DNA from: Dorea sp. | GTDB lineage: Bacteria; Bacillota; Clostridia; Lachnospirales; Lachnospiraceae | Direction of reading: 5' to 3' | DNA: 64,000 bases | NCBI GenBank assembly: GCA_022769185.1 | Contig: JALEKG010000029.1 | Span: forward strand, 14,113 to 78,112 | Part shown: in pieces, positions 9,402 to 17,852 of the stretch | How positions within the stretch are numbered: position 1 is the first letter of the stretch | Layout: every line of letters starts with the position of its first letter | The notes under the pieces: generated by a model | The model's input: only the letters and a program-made list of their open reading frames with translations | Databases searched by the model: none | Told to the model about the DNA's origin: nothing | Made by a program: the position numbers and the translations under genes

Positions 9402-10346
9402 ATGAGCAAGATTTATGACGTTATTGTCCTGGGTGCAGGTCCTGCTGGTTTAGCAGCAGGACTGTACGCAGGAAGAAGCCGTCTTTCTGTTCTGATTATT
9501 GAAAAAGGACAGGATGGCGGTCAGATCGCAATTACAGATGAGATTGAGAATTATCCTGGACAGATCGTTGAGGGTGAATCAGGACCGTCTCTGATTGCGA
9601 GAATGACACAGCAGGCAGAAAAATTTGGTGCAGAACGTGTATCTGATACGATCACGGAAGTATCTTTGGAGGGCGATATCAAAGTTCTCAAGAGTGCAAA
9701 AGCAGAGTATCAGGGAAGAAACGTGATCATCGCTACAGGTGCTCATGCAAGACCGATCGGATGTAAAGGTGAAGCAGAGTTTACTGGTAAAGGTGTATCT
9801 TACTGTGCAACATGTGATGCAAACTTCTTTGAAGATTTTGAAGTGTACGTTGTAGGTGGCGGAGATTCTGCAGTTGAAGAAGCAATGTATCTGACAAAAT
9901 TTGCAAGAAAAGTTACGATCATTCACAGACGTAACGAACTGCGTGCAGCAAAATCTATTCAGGAAAAAGCATTCAAGAATCCAAAACTGAACTTCATGTG
10001 GGATTCTGTTGTAGAAGAAGTAGGCGGAGATGATATTCTTCAGTGGATGAAAGTGAAGAATGTAAAGACCGGCGAAGTTACAACGGTAGAAGCAGATGAA
10101 GACGATGGTATGTTTGGAGTATTTGGATTTATTGGTACGATCCCGAACACAAAACCATTCGAAGGTATTATCGACATGGACGAGCGTGGTTACATTAAGA
10201 CAGACGCTGATATGCATACAAATATTCCTGGTGTATATGCTGCAGGAGATGTACGTGTTAAGAGTCTGAGACAGGTTGTAACTGCAGCTGCTGATGGAGC
10301 TATCGCAGCAGTTCAGGTAGAAAGAAGCATGTCTGATTACTTCTAG
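9402..10346 (+). CDS. trxB: thioredoxin-disulfide reductase
   Basis: FAD motif VLGAGPAGLAAGLYA, redox-active CATCD, NADPH motif VVGGGDSAVEEA, 314 aa. Confidence 0.92.
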   Translation: MSKIYDVIVLGAGPAGLAAGLYAGRSRLSVLIIEKGQDGGQIAITDEIENYPGQIVEGESGPSLIARMTQQAEKFGAERVSDTITEVSLEGDIKVLKSAKAEYQGRNVIIATGAHARPIGCKGEAEFTGKGVSYCATCDANFFEDFEVYVVGGGDSAVEEAMYLTKFARKVTIIHRRNELRAAKSIQEKAFKNPKLNFMWDSVVEEVGGDDILQWMKVKNVKTGEVTTVEADEDDGMFGVFGFIGTIPNTKPFEGIIDMDERGYIKTDADMHTNIPGVYAAGDVRVKSLRQVVTAAADGAIAAVQVERSMSDYF

Positions 10347-10386
10347 AAATTAATAATTATATTTATATATAAGGAGGAGGATACCA

Positions 10387-10704
10387 ATGTTAGACGTAGA
10401 TAAGCACACATTTGAAGAAGAAGTGTTAAAAGCAGATGGATATGTATTTGTTGATTTTTATGGTGATGGATGTGTTCCATGCCAGGCTTTGATGCCAAAG
10501 GTACATGAATTTGCTGATACTTATGGAGATAAATTAAAATTCACATCTCTGAATACTACAAAGGCTCGCCGTCTTGCTATCGGACAGAAAGTACTTGGAC
10601 TTCCTGTTATGGCAATTTATAAAGATGGAGAGAAAGTAGAAGAACTGGTGAAAGATGATTGTACACCAGAATCAATTGAAGCAATGATTAAGAAGTATAT
10701 CTAA
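10387..10704 (+). CDS. trxA: thioredoxin with non-canonical GCVPC active site
   Basis: 105 aa with a thioredoxin fold pattern. The active site is FYGDGCVPCQ instead of WCGPC. Located inside the grd operon. Confidence 0.9.
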   Translation: MLDVDKHTFEEEVLKADGYVFVDFYGDGCVPCQALMPKVHEFADTYGDKLKFTSLNTTKARRLAIGQKVLGLPVMAIYKDGEKVEELVKDDCTPESIEAMIKKYI

Positions 10705-10873
10705 TCGGAGCATCGTGAGTGCGTAAACAGCCACAAGGCTTTTACGGGAATGTATTATCAGCCGCTTTAAGCGTGCACACTCGCAGGAAACCTATTATCG
10801 TTTGCCCTGTTGAGTATAAACATTTCTACAATAAATAAAAAATAGAAGGGAAAAAGGAAGGAGGAAACACGTC

Positions 10874-11347
10874 ATGGCAATATTAGAAGGAAAAAAAGTC
10901 GTTATCATTGGCGACCGTGATGGTGTTCCAGGACCGGCAATCGCAGAGTGCGTTAAAACTGCTGGTGGAGAAGTAGTATTCTCTTCCACAGAGTGCTTTG
11001 TCTGAACGAGCGCTGGTGCAATGGATCTTGAGAATCAGAAGAGGGTTAAAGAATTCGCAGAGGAGTATGGTCCGGAGAACGTAGTAGTAGTTCTTGGAGC
11101 AGCTGAAGGCGAAGGTGCTGGTCTTGCAGCAGAGACTGTAACAGCAGGTGACCCAACATTCGCAGGTCCATTGACAGGGGTCCAGCTTGGACTCACAGTA
11201 TATCACGTATGTGAAGAAGAACTGAAAGCAGAATTTGATCCAGATGTTTACGATGAGCAGGTAGGCATGATGGAAATGGTTCTTGATCTTGACGACATTG
11301 CTGGAGAAATGTCAGCAATCCGTGATGATTTCTGCAAGTTTTTATAA
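10874..11347 (+). CDS. grdA: glycine reductase selenoprotein A (GrdA), with in-frame UGA = Sec44 at 11003-11005
   Basis: The ATG at 10874 has GGAAGGAGGA upstream. Translation is [55 protein letters not shown].., containing the CxxU motif of GrdA. The 43-codon 5' part is absent from the ORF track, and the 3' part is the track ORF 11021..11347 in the same frame. Confidence 0.92.
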
Positions 11348-11383
11348 GAAGGGTTTGAGATCGTTTCATCCCACATTTTACGA

Positions 11384-11415
11384 AACGGTGAGGTAAACAC
11401 TTACCTCGCCGTTTT
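11384..11415 (+). terminator. strong hairpin (13 bp, one G.U) after grdA; intra-operon terminator/attenuator candidate
   Basis: aacggtgaggtaa-acac-ttacctcgccgtt followed by ttact. Lies between grdA and grdC. Confidence 0.5.
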
Positions 11416-11564
11416 ACTCTATATCAAGATATGCATGAAGTCCTGCCGATGCAGGTTGTATGCATAACAATTTCGTTGCGGCACGCCAGATAACGATACA
11501 TTCCTGTAATCAACAGTTATTGATTTTTGAAATGATTAGAAAAAAAGAAAGGTGGATACTCACA

Positions 11565-13097
11565 ATGAACAGTGTAATTAAAGGCGCAAGCTATGTACTT
11601 GCACATACTCCACAGATGGTTTTTTATAATGGAACAACACAGACAACTGAAAAAGTTGTTAATCCAGAGTCTGAATATTTGAAAGCAATCGACAGTCACC
11701 TTCGTACTTATGAAGAGGCTGTAAGTTACTGGCCAAACCAGGTATATATTGGAAATGCTCATCCAGATGATTTAGCAGAGGTTGCATTCCCTTATTATGA
11801 TAAAGCAAAAGAGGGTGCTGAAAGATACGGAAAATACGGCGAGATCATGCCAGAGGAAGAATTCCTTCTTCTTGCACAGACAGTAGACGTATTTGAAGTA
11901 GTAAAACTGGATAAAGATTTCGTGGCGGCTCATAAAGATGCATTTGCCGCAGATCCTATCATTACAGAAGATATTGTTGCAAAGATTGAAGAAGGAATCG
12001 ATGCAGAAGAAATTGCAAGACTGGTAAGCGAAGAGCATGCAGAAGGTCTTTATCATGCAGGAAAATTAGTTGGATGTGTAAAGAGAGCACATGACATTGA
12101 TGTAAACCTGTCCGCACATGTTATGCATGAGAATATCATGAGCAAAGCAACAAGTGTTCTTGCGTTATTATATGGTGTAAGAAATGCTGGAATCGATAAA
12201 GCAGACATTGAATATGTGATCGACTGTGCAGAAGAAGCATGTGGCGATATGAATCAGAGAGGCGGCGGTAACTTTGCAAAAGCTGCTGCAGAGATTGCTG
12301 GTCTTGTAAATGCAACAGGATCTGATACTCGTGGTTTCTGTGCAGGACCATCTCATGCACTGATTGAGGCTGCATCATTAGTAAAAGCTGGAACTTACAA
12401 ATGTGTAGCAGTAACAGCTGGAGGATGTACCGCAAAATTAGGTATGAATGGAAAAGATCATATCAAAAAAGATATGCCGATCTTAGAGGACTGCCTGGGT
12501 GGTTTCTGCGTGATTATTGCTGAGAATGACGGTGTGAATCCAGAGATCAACCTTGATATCGTAGGACGTCATACAGTAGGAACAGGTTCTGCACCGCAGA
12601 ACGTAATCGGAAGTCTGGTAGCTGATCCGCTTGAGAAAAACGGAATGAAGCTGACAGATATTGATAAATTCTCTCCAGAGATGCAGAATCCGGATATTAC
12701 AAAACCGGCAGGAGCAGGAGATGTACCGCTTGCAAACTACAAGATGATCGGTGCCCTGGCTGTTAAGAGAGGCGAGTTAGACAGAAAAGAACTTGCTAAC
12801 TTTACAAAAGATCATGGCCTGACTGGATGGGCTCCAACACAGGGACATATCCCATCAGGTGTTCCATATATTGGATTTGCAAGAGAAGATATTCTTGCAG
12901 GAAAGATCAAAAATGCAATGATCATTGGAAAAGGAAGCTTGTTCCTTGGACGTATGACCAACCTGTTTGACGGATGTTCCTTCGTAATTCAGGCAAATAC
13001 AGGAGCAGAGGATAACAGCGGAGTTTCCGAAGAAGAAGTAAAAGGACTGATCGCAAAAGCTATGAAAGATTTCGCTGCATCATTGCTGGCAGAATAG
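11565..13097 (+). CDS. grdC: glycine reductase component C beta subunit (ketoacyl-synthase-like), GrdC
   Basis: N-terminus MNSVIKGASYVLAHTPQMV and about 510 aa of thiolase/KAS-like sequence, with grd context. The ATG at 11565 has AAAGGTGGA upstream. The track ORF start at 11460 lies inside a palindrome and is rejected. Confidence 0.9.
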   Translation: MNSVIKGASYVLAHTPQMVFYNGTTQTTEKVVNPESEYLKAIDSHLRTYEEAVSYWPNQVYIGNAHPDDLAEVAFPYYDKAKEGAERYGKYGEIMPEEEFLLLAQTVDVFEVVKLDKDFVAAHKDAFAADPIITEDIVAKIEEGIDAEEIARLVSEEHAEGLYHAGKLVGCVKRAHDIDVNLSAHVMHENIMSKATSVLALLYGVRNAGIDKADIEYVIDCAEEACGDMNQRGGGNFAKAAAEIAGLVNATGSDTRGFCAGPSHALIEAASLVKAGTYKCVAVTAGGCTAKLGMNGKDHIKKDMPILEDCLGGFCVIIAENDGVNPEINLDIVGRHTVGTGSAPQNVIGSLVADPLEKNGMKLTDIDKFSPEMQNPDITKPAGAGDVPLANYKMIGALAVKRGELDRKELANFTKDHGLTGWAPTQGHIPSGVPYIGFAREDILAGKIKNAMIIGKGSLFLGRMTNLFDGCSFVIQANTGAEDNSGVSEEEVKGLIAKAMKDFAASLLAE

Positions 13098-13111
13098 AGA
13101 GGTGAATAAAG

Positions 13112-14266
13112 ATGGCAAATGGAATTGAAAAAATGATTGCCGACACCTTTATGGAAATGGCTCAGGGATTAGAAACAGGAAGCTTTGGGAAGAGACCGAA
13201 GATTGCACTTACCGGAATGGGAAGTGAACATGGAGAAGAAAATTCTATGGCAGCTGCAGTTGCAGCTGCAAGAGATGGGATCGATGTATATTATATCGGA
13301 ACATTAGAGGCAGAAGGCGTTACAACCGTTAAAGTGGCAAACGATGAAGAGGGCCACGATAAGATGGAAGAAATGCTGAAGAATAAAGAGGTTGATGCTG
13401 CAGTTACCATGCATTTTCCGTTCCCGATCGGAGTATCTACCGTTGGCCGTTGTGTGACACCTGCAAAGGGAAAAGAGATGTATATTGCTAACACAACAGG
13501 AACCTCCAGCACAGACCGTATTGAGGGAATGATCAAGAATGCTATTTACGGTATTATCACTGCAAAAGCATGTGGAAATGCAAACCCAACAGTTGGTATC
13601 CTGAACGTAGATGGTGCACGTCAGACAGAAAAAGCTCTGAAACAGTTAAAAGAAAAAGGATATGACATTACATTTGCAGAGTCAGGAAGAGCAGACGGCG
13701 GATGTGTCATGAGAGGAAATGACGTGCTTCAGGCATCTCCTGATATTATGGTTACCGATTCTCTTACCGGAAATATCCTGGTGAAGATGCTTTCCTCTGC
13801 GAATACCGGAGGAAGCTTCGAGGCAACAGGTTATGGTTATGGACCTGGAATCGGAGAAGGTTATGATCAGTTAGTAATGATCGTATCCAGAGCAAGTGGA
13901 GCACCGGTAATTGCAAATGCAATCCGCTATGCAGCACAGCTGGTAAGAGGCAAAGTCTTTGAAGTAGGAAAAGCAGAATTTGCGGCAGCAAAGAAAGCTG
14001 GATTAAAAGAGATACTGGATGCTTTAAAAGCTTCCCAGAAACCAGCTGCAGCAGAGGAAGACGTAAAAGAACCACCGAAGGAGATCGTAACAGCACAGAT
14101 TCCTGGAATTGAGGTTATGGATCTTGAGGATGCAGTAAAAGCATTGTGGAAGATCAATATCTACGCGGAAAGTGGTATGGGATGTACAGGTCCGATTATC
14201 CGTGTATCCGATGCAAATCTTGCAAAAGCAGAGGAAGAGCTTAAGAAGGCTGGATATATTCAATAA
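13112..14266 (+). CDS. grdD: glycine reductase component C alpha subunit (PlsX-like), GrdD
   Basis: 384 aa, follows grdC by 14 nt, PlsX/phosphotransacylase-like sequence (..MHFPFPIGVSTVGR..). Confidence 0.9.
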   Translation: MANGIEKMIADTFMEMAQGLETGSFGKRPKIALTGMGSEHGEENSMAAAVAAARDGIDVYYIGTLEAEGVTTVKVANDEEGHDKMEEMLKNKEVDAAVTMHFPFPIGVSTVGRCVTPAKGKEMYIANTTGTSSTDRIEGMIKNAIYGIITAKACGNANPTVGILNVDGARQTEKALKQLKEKGYDITFAESGRADGGCVMRGNDVLQASPDIMVTDSLTGNILVKMLSSANTGGSFEATGYGYGPGIGEGYDQLVMIVSRASGAPVIANAIRYAAQLVRGKVFEVGKAEFAAAKKAGLKEILDALKASQKPAAAEEDVKEPPKEIVTAQIPGIEVMDLEDAVKALWKINIYAESGMGCTGPIIRVSDANLAKAEEELKKAGYIQ

Positions 14267-14309
14267 TACAGGCCTGATGAAAAAACAGAAAAAGATAAAG
14301 TATAAGTAT

Positions 14310-14341
14310 AAGGAAGTGGTGTCGAAATGCCACTTCCTTTT
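14310..14341 (+). terminator. intrinsic terminator ending the grd operon
   Basis: aaggaagtgg / ccacttcctt, a perfect 10-bp stem, then a T-run. Confidence 0.8.
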
Positions 14342-14384
14342 CATTTTATGGTAATTTATAATAAGAGAACAGGGAGGTGACATT

Positions 14385-15191
14385 ATGGATGAATTGTTAA
14401 GTGCTTTAAATGAGAACATTTATAAAGAAGATTGCCAGATCAGAATGGGGGTCATATTCATTATAATTGCTTTGATTCTCTGTTCTCTTACGGACGTTAT
14501 GGGGAGCCAATCATGGGAAAAAGTTATGATTCAAAATGCAGATGGCTTTCAAAAAGCACCAATCATCGGAAAGGCAGCTTGTTCGATTGGTACCGGCCTT
14601 TCGAAAGGGCTTAGTAACAGGAGTGAGATAAAAAGAACAAAACGACAGGAGGTAATCTCAGATGTTTGTTCGGATGATGAGGCAAGTGCTCCAGTGATCA
14701 AAGTGTCTGTGCCGGTTAAACCGTCTTCAAATGTTGGAAATCTGTCTGAACAGCCGGCAGTGCAAGAGGTTTCAGAGACAAATGTTGGAATTTTCGATAA
14801 TAGGGATCAGATTACAGTTCCAGATTGTGAAGAAGCGGGTATCAGCATCTCAGATGATGCGGAAATTAATGAGATTAAGGGATTTCTTATAGACATGGAA
14901 GGCTATATCACTGGGTATACAGATCGGCTTGAGATTGAGGATGGGCTGATAGTTTTCCCTATTGATGAAAGCTGTATAGGTGTCAGAGCGGAATCACTTT
15001 ATGGGCTGGATGATCAGGTTATGGAAATTTATATTCCAGAAAATATTATTGATATTGAATCCGGGGCATTTGACCATTTAACTAATTTGATCTACATTGA
15101 AGTGGCGGCGGAAAATCCCGTTTATATGAGTGACAGTGGAGTCTTGTATACAAGAGAAGGCGAAGTAGTTGCATGCCCTCAGGGAAGATAA
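14385..15191 (+). CDS. hypothetical single-pass membrane protein with a C-terminal BspA-type leucine-rich-repeat unit
   Basis: GGGAGGTG RBS, one TM helix (GVIFIIIALILCSLTDV), a low-complexity linker, and a C-terminus IYIPENIIDIESGAFDHLTNLIYIEVAAENPVYMSDSGVLYT resembling LRR_5/BspA repeats. Confidence 0.6.
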   Translation: MDELLSALNENIYKEDCQIRMGVIFIIIALILCSLTDVMGSQSWEKVMIQNADGFQKAPIIGKAACSIGTGLSKGLSNRSEIKRTKRQEVISDVCSDDEASAPVIKVSVPVKPSSNVGNLSEQPAVQEVSETNVGIFDNRDQITVPDCEEAGISISDDAEINEIKGFLIDMEGYITGYTDRLEIEDGLIVFPIDESCIGVRAESLYGLDDQVMEIYIPENIIDIESGAFDHLTNLIYIEVAAENPVYMSDSGVLYTREGEVVACPQGR

Positions 15192-15202
15192 AAATGGAAG
15201 AA

Positions 15203-15240
15203 ACAGGGACAGCATCGTATAAAACGATGTATGTCCCTGT
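15203..15240 (+). terminator. compound hairpin after the LRR protein gene (putative terminator)
   Basis: acagggaca...tgtccctgt (9 bp) enclosing catcgt/acgatg. The downstream U-tract is weak. Confidence 0.5.
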
Positions 15241-15321
15241 AACTTTCTTGAAAATATCCTATAATTTTGTAAATACTGATGTTATAATAGTCTGGATTAA
15301 GAAACTGAATAGGAGCAAGAT

Positions 15322-16554
15322 ATGAAGATTCGTAAGATAACGGACAATAAAAGAAACTACATAGAAATGCTGCTTTTGGCGGATCCGCAGGAAGATATGA
15401 TTGAAAAATATCTGGATGATGGTGAGATGTTTCTTCTAGAAGATCATGGTGATCCCAAGACTGTTTGTGTGGTAGAGCTTCTTAAAAATCGAAGATGTGA
15501 ACTGAAAAATATTGCAACGGTGGAAAAAGATCAGGGAAAAGGATATGGAAAGTATATGATCCACTACGTTTGTGAGCATTACAGTAATCGATGTGATGTG
15601 ATGTATGTCGGCACAGGGAACAGTAGAAAAACGTTAGAGTTTTATGAAAAATGTGGATTTGTGAATTCTCATATGGTGATGAATTTTTTTGTAGATCACT
15701 ATGATCAGCCAATCTATGAAGACGGAGTTCGTCTTATTGATATGATATATCTGAAAAAGAATCTAGAATCGGAAGTTGATGTAAAAAAAGTGGTAGATCT
15801 TGCATTGGAAGCAGGAAGAATCTTATTGAAAAATGGTGCGGAAATTTTTCGTGTTGAAGAGACGATCACCAGAATCTGTCATCGGTTTCATGTAGACCAT
15901 GTTGATATTTTCACCTTGAGTCACGGCCTTTTCATCAGTGCAGAAAATGGAAATGAAGAAGCTTATACAAAAGTAAAGCATGTGCCTCTTTCTGCGTCAC
16001 ATCTGGGAATTGTTGCAGAAGTGAATGCACTTTCAAGAGAGATTTCAGCAGGAGATGTAGGAATAGATGAAGCAACGGAAAGATTAAAAGAAATTGAAAA
16101 GATGCCGTCTATGAAAAAATATTTTCAGGTTCTTGCAAGTGGAATTGCAAGCGGTACATTTGGATATATGATGGGAGCTAACGTCATAGAGAGCTTTGTT
16201 ACTTTTGGTATCGGGTGTGTTCTTGGAACATGGATGCTTTTGGTAAAAAAATATGGAATGTCTAAGATTATTTCAAATATCGTTGGTGGTGTGATCATCA
16301 GTACATTGGCAATTGCTGCAAAAAATATTTTGAATCAGGCGGATCTGCGTATTGATGGAATGGTTATCGGAAGTATTATGCCGCTGGTTCCCGGACTCGC
16401 TTTTGTGAATGCAATCCGGGACATTGCAGACAGTGATTTTTTGTCAGGAACTGTACGGATGATCGATGCGATCCTTGTGTTTGTATATATCGCTGTTGGT
16501 ATGGGATTAACTTTTAGTATCTATAACAATATGTTAGGAGGGCCGCTTCTATGA
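15322..16554 (+). CDS. fusion protein: N-terminal GNAT acetyltransferase domain + ThrE-family (DUF1212) threonine/serine exporter domain
   Basis: Residues 1-150 carry GNAT motif A (VEKDQGKGYGKYMI) and a ..EFYEKCGF.. pattern. Residues from about 155 onward (LALEAGRILLKNGAEIFRVEETITRI.. plus about 5 TM segments) match the ThrE N-terminal module. Confidence 0.8.
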   Translation: MKIRKITDNKRNYIEMLLLADPQEDMIEKYLDDGEMFLLEDHGDPKTVCVVELLKNRRCELKNIATVEKDQGKGYGKYMIHYVCEHYSNRCDVMYVGTGNSRKTLEFYEKCGFVNSHMVMNFFVDHYDQPIYEDGVRLIDMIYLKKNLESEVDVKKVVDLALEAGRILLKNGAEIFRVEETITRICHRFHVDHVDIFTLSHGLFISAENGNEEAYTKVKHVPLSASHLGIVAEVNALSREISAGDVGIDEATERLKEIEKMPSMKKYFQVLASGIASGTFGYMMGANVIESFVTFGIGCVLGTWMLLVKKYGMSKIISNIVGGVIISTLAIAAKNILNQADLRIDGMVIGSIMPLVPGLAFVNAIRDIADSDFLSGTVRMIDAILVFVYIAVGMGLTFSIYNNMLGGPLL

Positions 16555-17012
16555 TGCGAGAAATATTTGCAAATATATTGTGCCCATTTGTAGGTACAAT
16601 CGCTTTTTCGGCATTGTACAATGTCCCCAATCAGTATTATTTTTGCTGCGGAATCACTGGTGCTGCCGGTTGGATTATGTATCAATGTGCTTTGGAATAT
16701 TCTTCGGCAGCAATTGCTTCCTTTTTTGGGACATTGGTGGTTGTACTGGTATCACGCATGCTGACGGTTCGAATGAAATGCCCAATTACTATTTTTTTGG
16801 TATCTGGAATTCTACCGCTGGTACCTGGAGCCGGCATATATTATACAGTATATTATCTAGTTACCAACCAACTGGGGCTTGCTGCGCAAAAAGGGCTCGA
16901 GTCTGTTAAAATCGCATTCGCGATTGTTCTTGGAATTGTGTGTATTGTATCGATTCCGAGAGAAGTTTTCCAATATACGTATTGGAAAGAAAGAAGAAAG
17001 AGAAAAGGTTGA
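16551..17012 (+). CDS. ThrE-family exporter, second (DUF3815-like) membrane subunit
   Basis: 153 aa with 4-5 TM segments. ATGA overlap with the upstream ThrE gene, which is the usual two-gene ThrE arrangement. Confidence 0.8.
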   Translation: MMREIFANILCPFVGTIAFSALYNVPNQYYFCCGITGAAGWIMYQCALEYSSAAIASFFGTLVVVLVSRMLTVRMKCPITIFLVSGILPLVPGAGIYYTVYYLVTNQLGLAAQKGLESVKIAFAIVLGIVCIVSIPREVFQYTYWKERRKRKG

Positions 17013-17096
17013 TGCTGTATCATCAATTGTGTTACAATAGAATAGGGTAAAATATTATAACATTTTGAAAAGTGTGACTTGAAGGAGGGAAAGCTT

Positions 17097-17852
17097 ATGC
17101 TGGAGAGGACACTGTTACAGATTTTAAAGGAAAGTCGGTATACGACTGTGTTAAGTGGTTTCGAGATGTTACAGGAGAGTGGATATCCTGTGTTGAGGGA
17201 CGGAGATGAATCCTATGATATTGAGCAAAAGTACGGATATCTTGCAGAAGAAATGTTGTCATCTTCATTTTTTTCAACAAGAACAGAGCAGTTTTTTGAG
17301 TTCTACAGGAATGAGATACTGAGTCTGTTGGATCGGTCACCCGGAAGATGTTTTACTCTGATGGCAGAGATGGAGAGAAAAGGACTTTTTCATTCTATCA
17401 TAACGCGAAGAATATTTGGGCTTCCTGACAGGGCAGGCTGCAGAAATGTGATTAATATGCATGGAAGTGTGTATGATAATTACTGCCCACATTGTGGAGA
17501 AGTTTATCCGATGGAATATGTCAGAGATTCTGACAGGGTTCCACTTTGTAAGAAATGTGGTACGGTGGTTCGTCCTAAGATCTGTCTGTATGGTGAGATG
17601 GTTGATAATCAGATCATCACAAAAGCAGCTGAAGAAGTGAATAAGGCAGATGTCCTCGTGGTGCTTGGCACTAACTTGAAGACATATTTATGCAGTCATT
17701 TAATTAATTACTTTGAAGGGAATAAGTTAATTTTAGTGAATCCGCTGCCTCATTTCTCTGATCAGTTCGCGGATATCGCAATCCATGAAAGTGTAGAAAG
17801 TACACTGGATAAAATATTAAAAGAATTAGGAGATAATGACAACAATGAGTAA
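17097..17852 (+). CDS. Sir2-family (sirtuin/CobB-like) protein with degenerate NAD-binding motifs
   Basis: The Sir2 scaffold is recognisable: MHGS (catalytic His), a Zn ribbon CPHCG..CKKCG, LGTNL and LVNPL. The GAGIS..GIPDFR box reads [16 protein letters not shown] and the QNID box reads RRIF. The ATG at 17097 has GAAGGAGG 8 nt upstream (the track start at 17079 is a TTG). Confidence 0.8.
   Translation: MLERTLLQILKESRYTTVLSGFEMLQESGYPVLRDGDESYDIEQKYGYLAEEMLSSSFFSTRTEQFFEFYRNEILSLLDRSPGRCFTLMAEMERKGLFHSIITRRIFGLPDRAGCRNVINMHGSVYDNYCPHCGEVYPMEYVRDSDRVPLCKKCGTVVRPKICLYGEMVDNQIITKAAEEVNKADVLVVLGTNLKTYLCSHLINYFEGNKLILVNPLPHFSDQFADIAIHESVESTLDKILKELGDNDNNE

Noticed and set aside
11006-11070. SECIS hairpin for grdA.
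   Set aside because: Only 3-5-bp pairings were found by eye (for example ctggt/atcag). I do not report a feature. It needs computational folding and covariation analysis.
11460-11564. N-terminal 35-codon extension of grdC from the ATG at 11460. Analogous track extensions occur at 1174, 2686, 17079, 21600, 22637, 25717, 28331, 39441, 44065 and 50880.
   Set aside because: The upstream starts lack an SD, are GTG/TTG, or contain the real SD within them. Downstream ATGs have canonical SD spacing and give family-typical N-termini.
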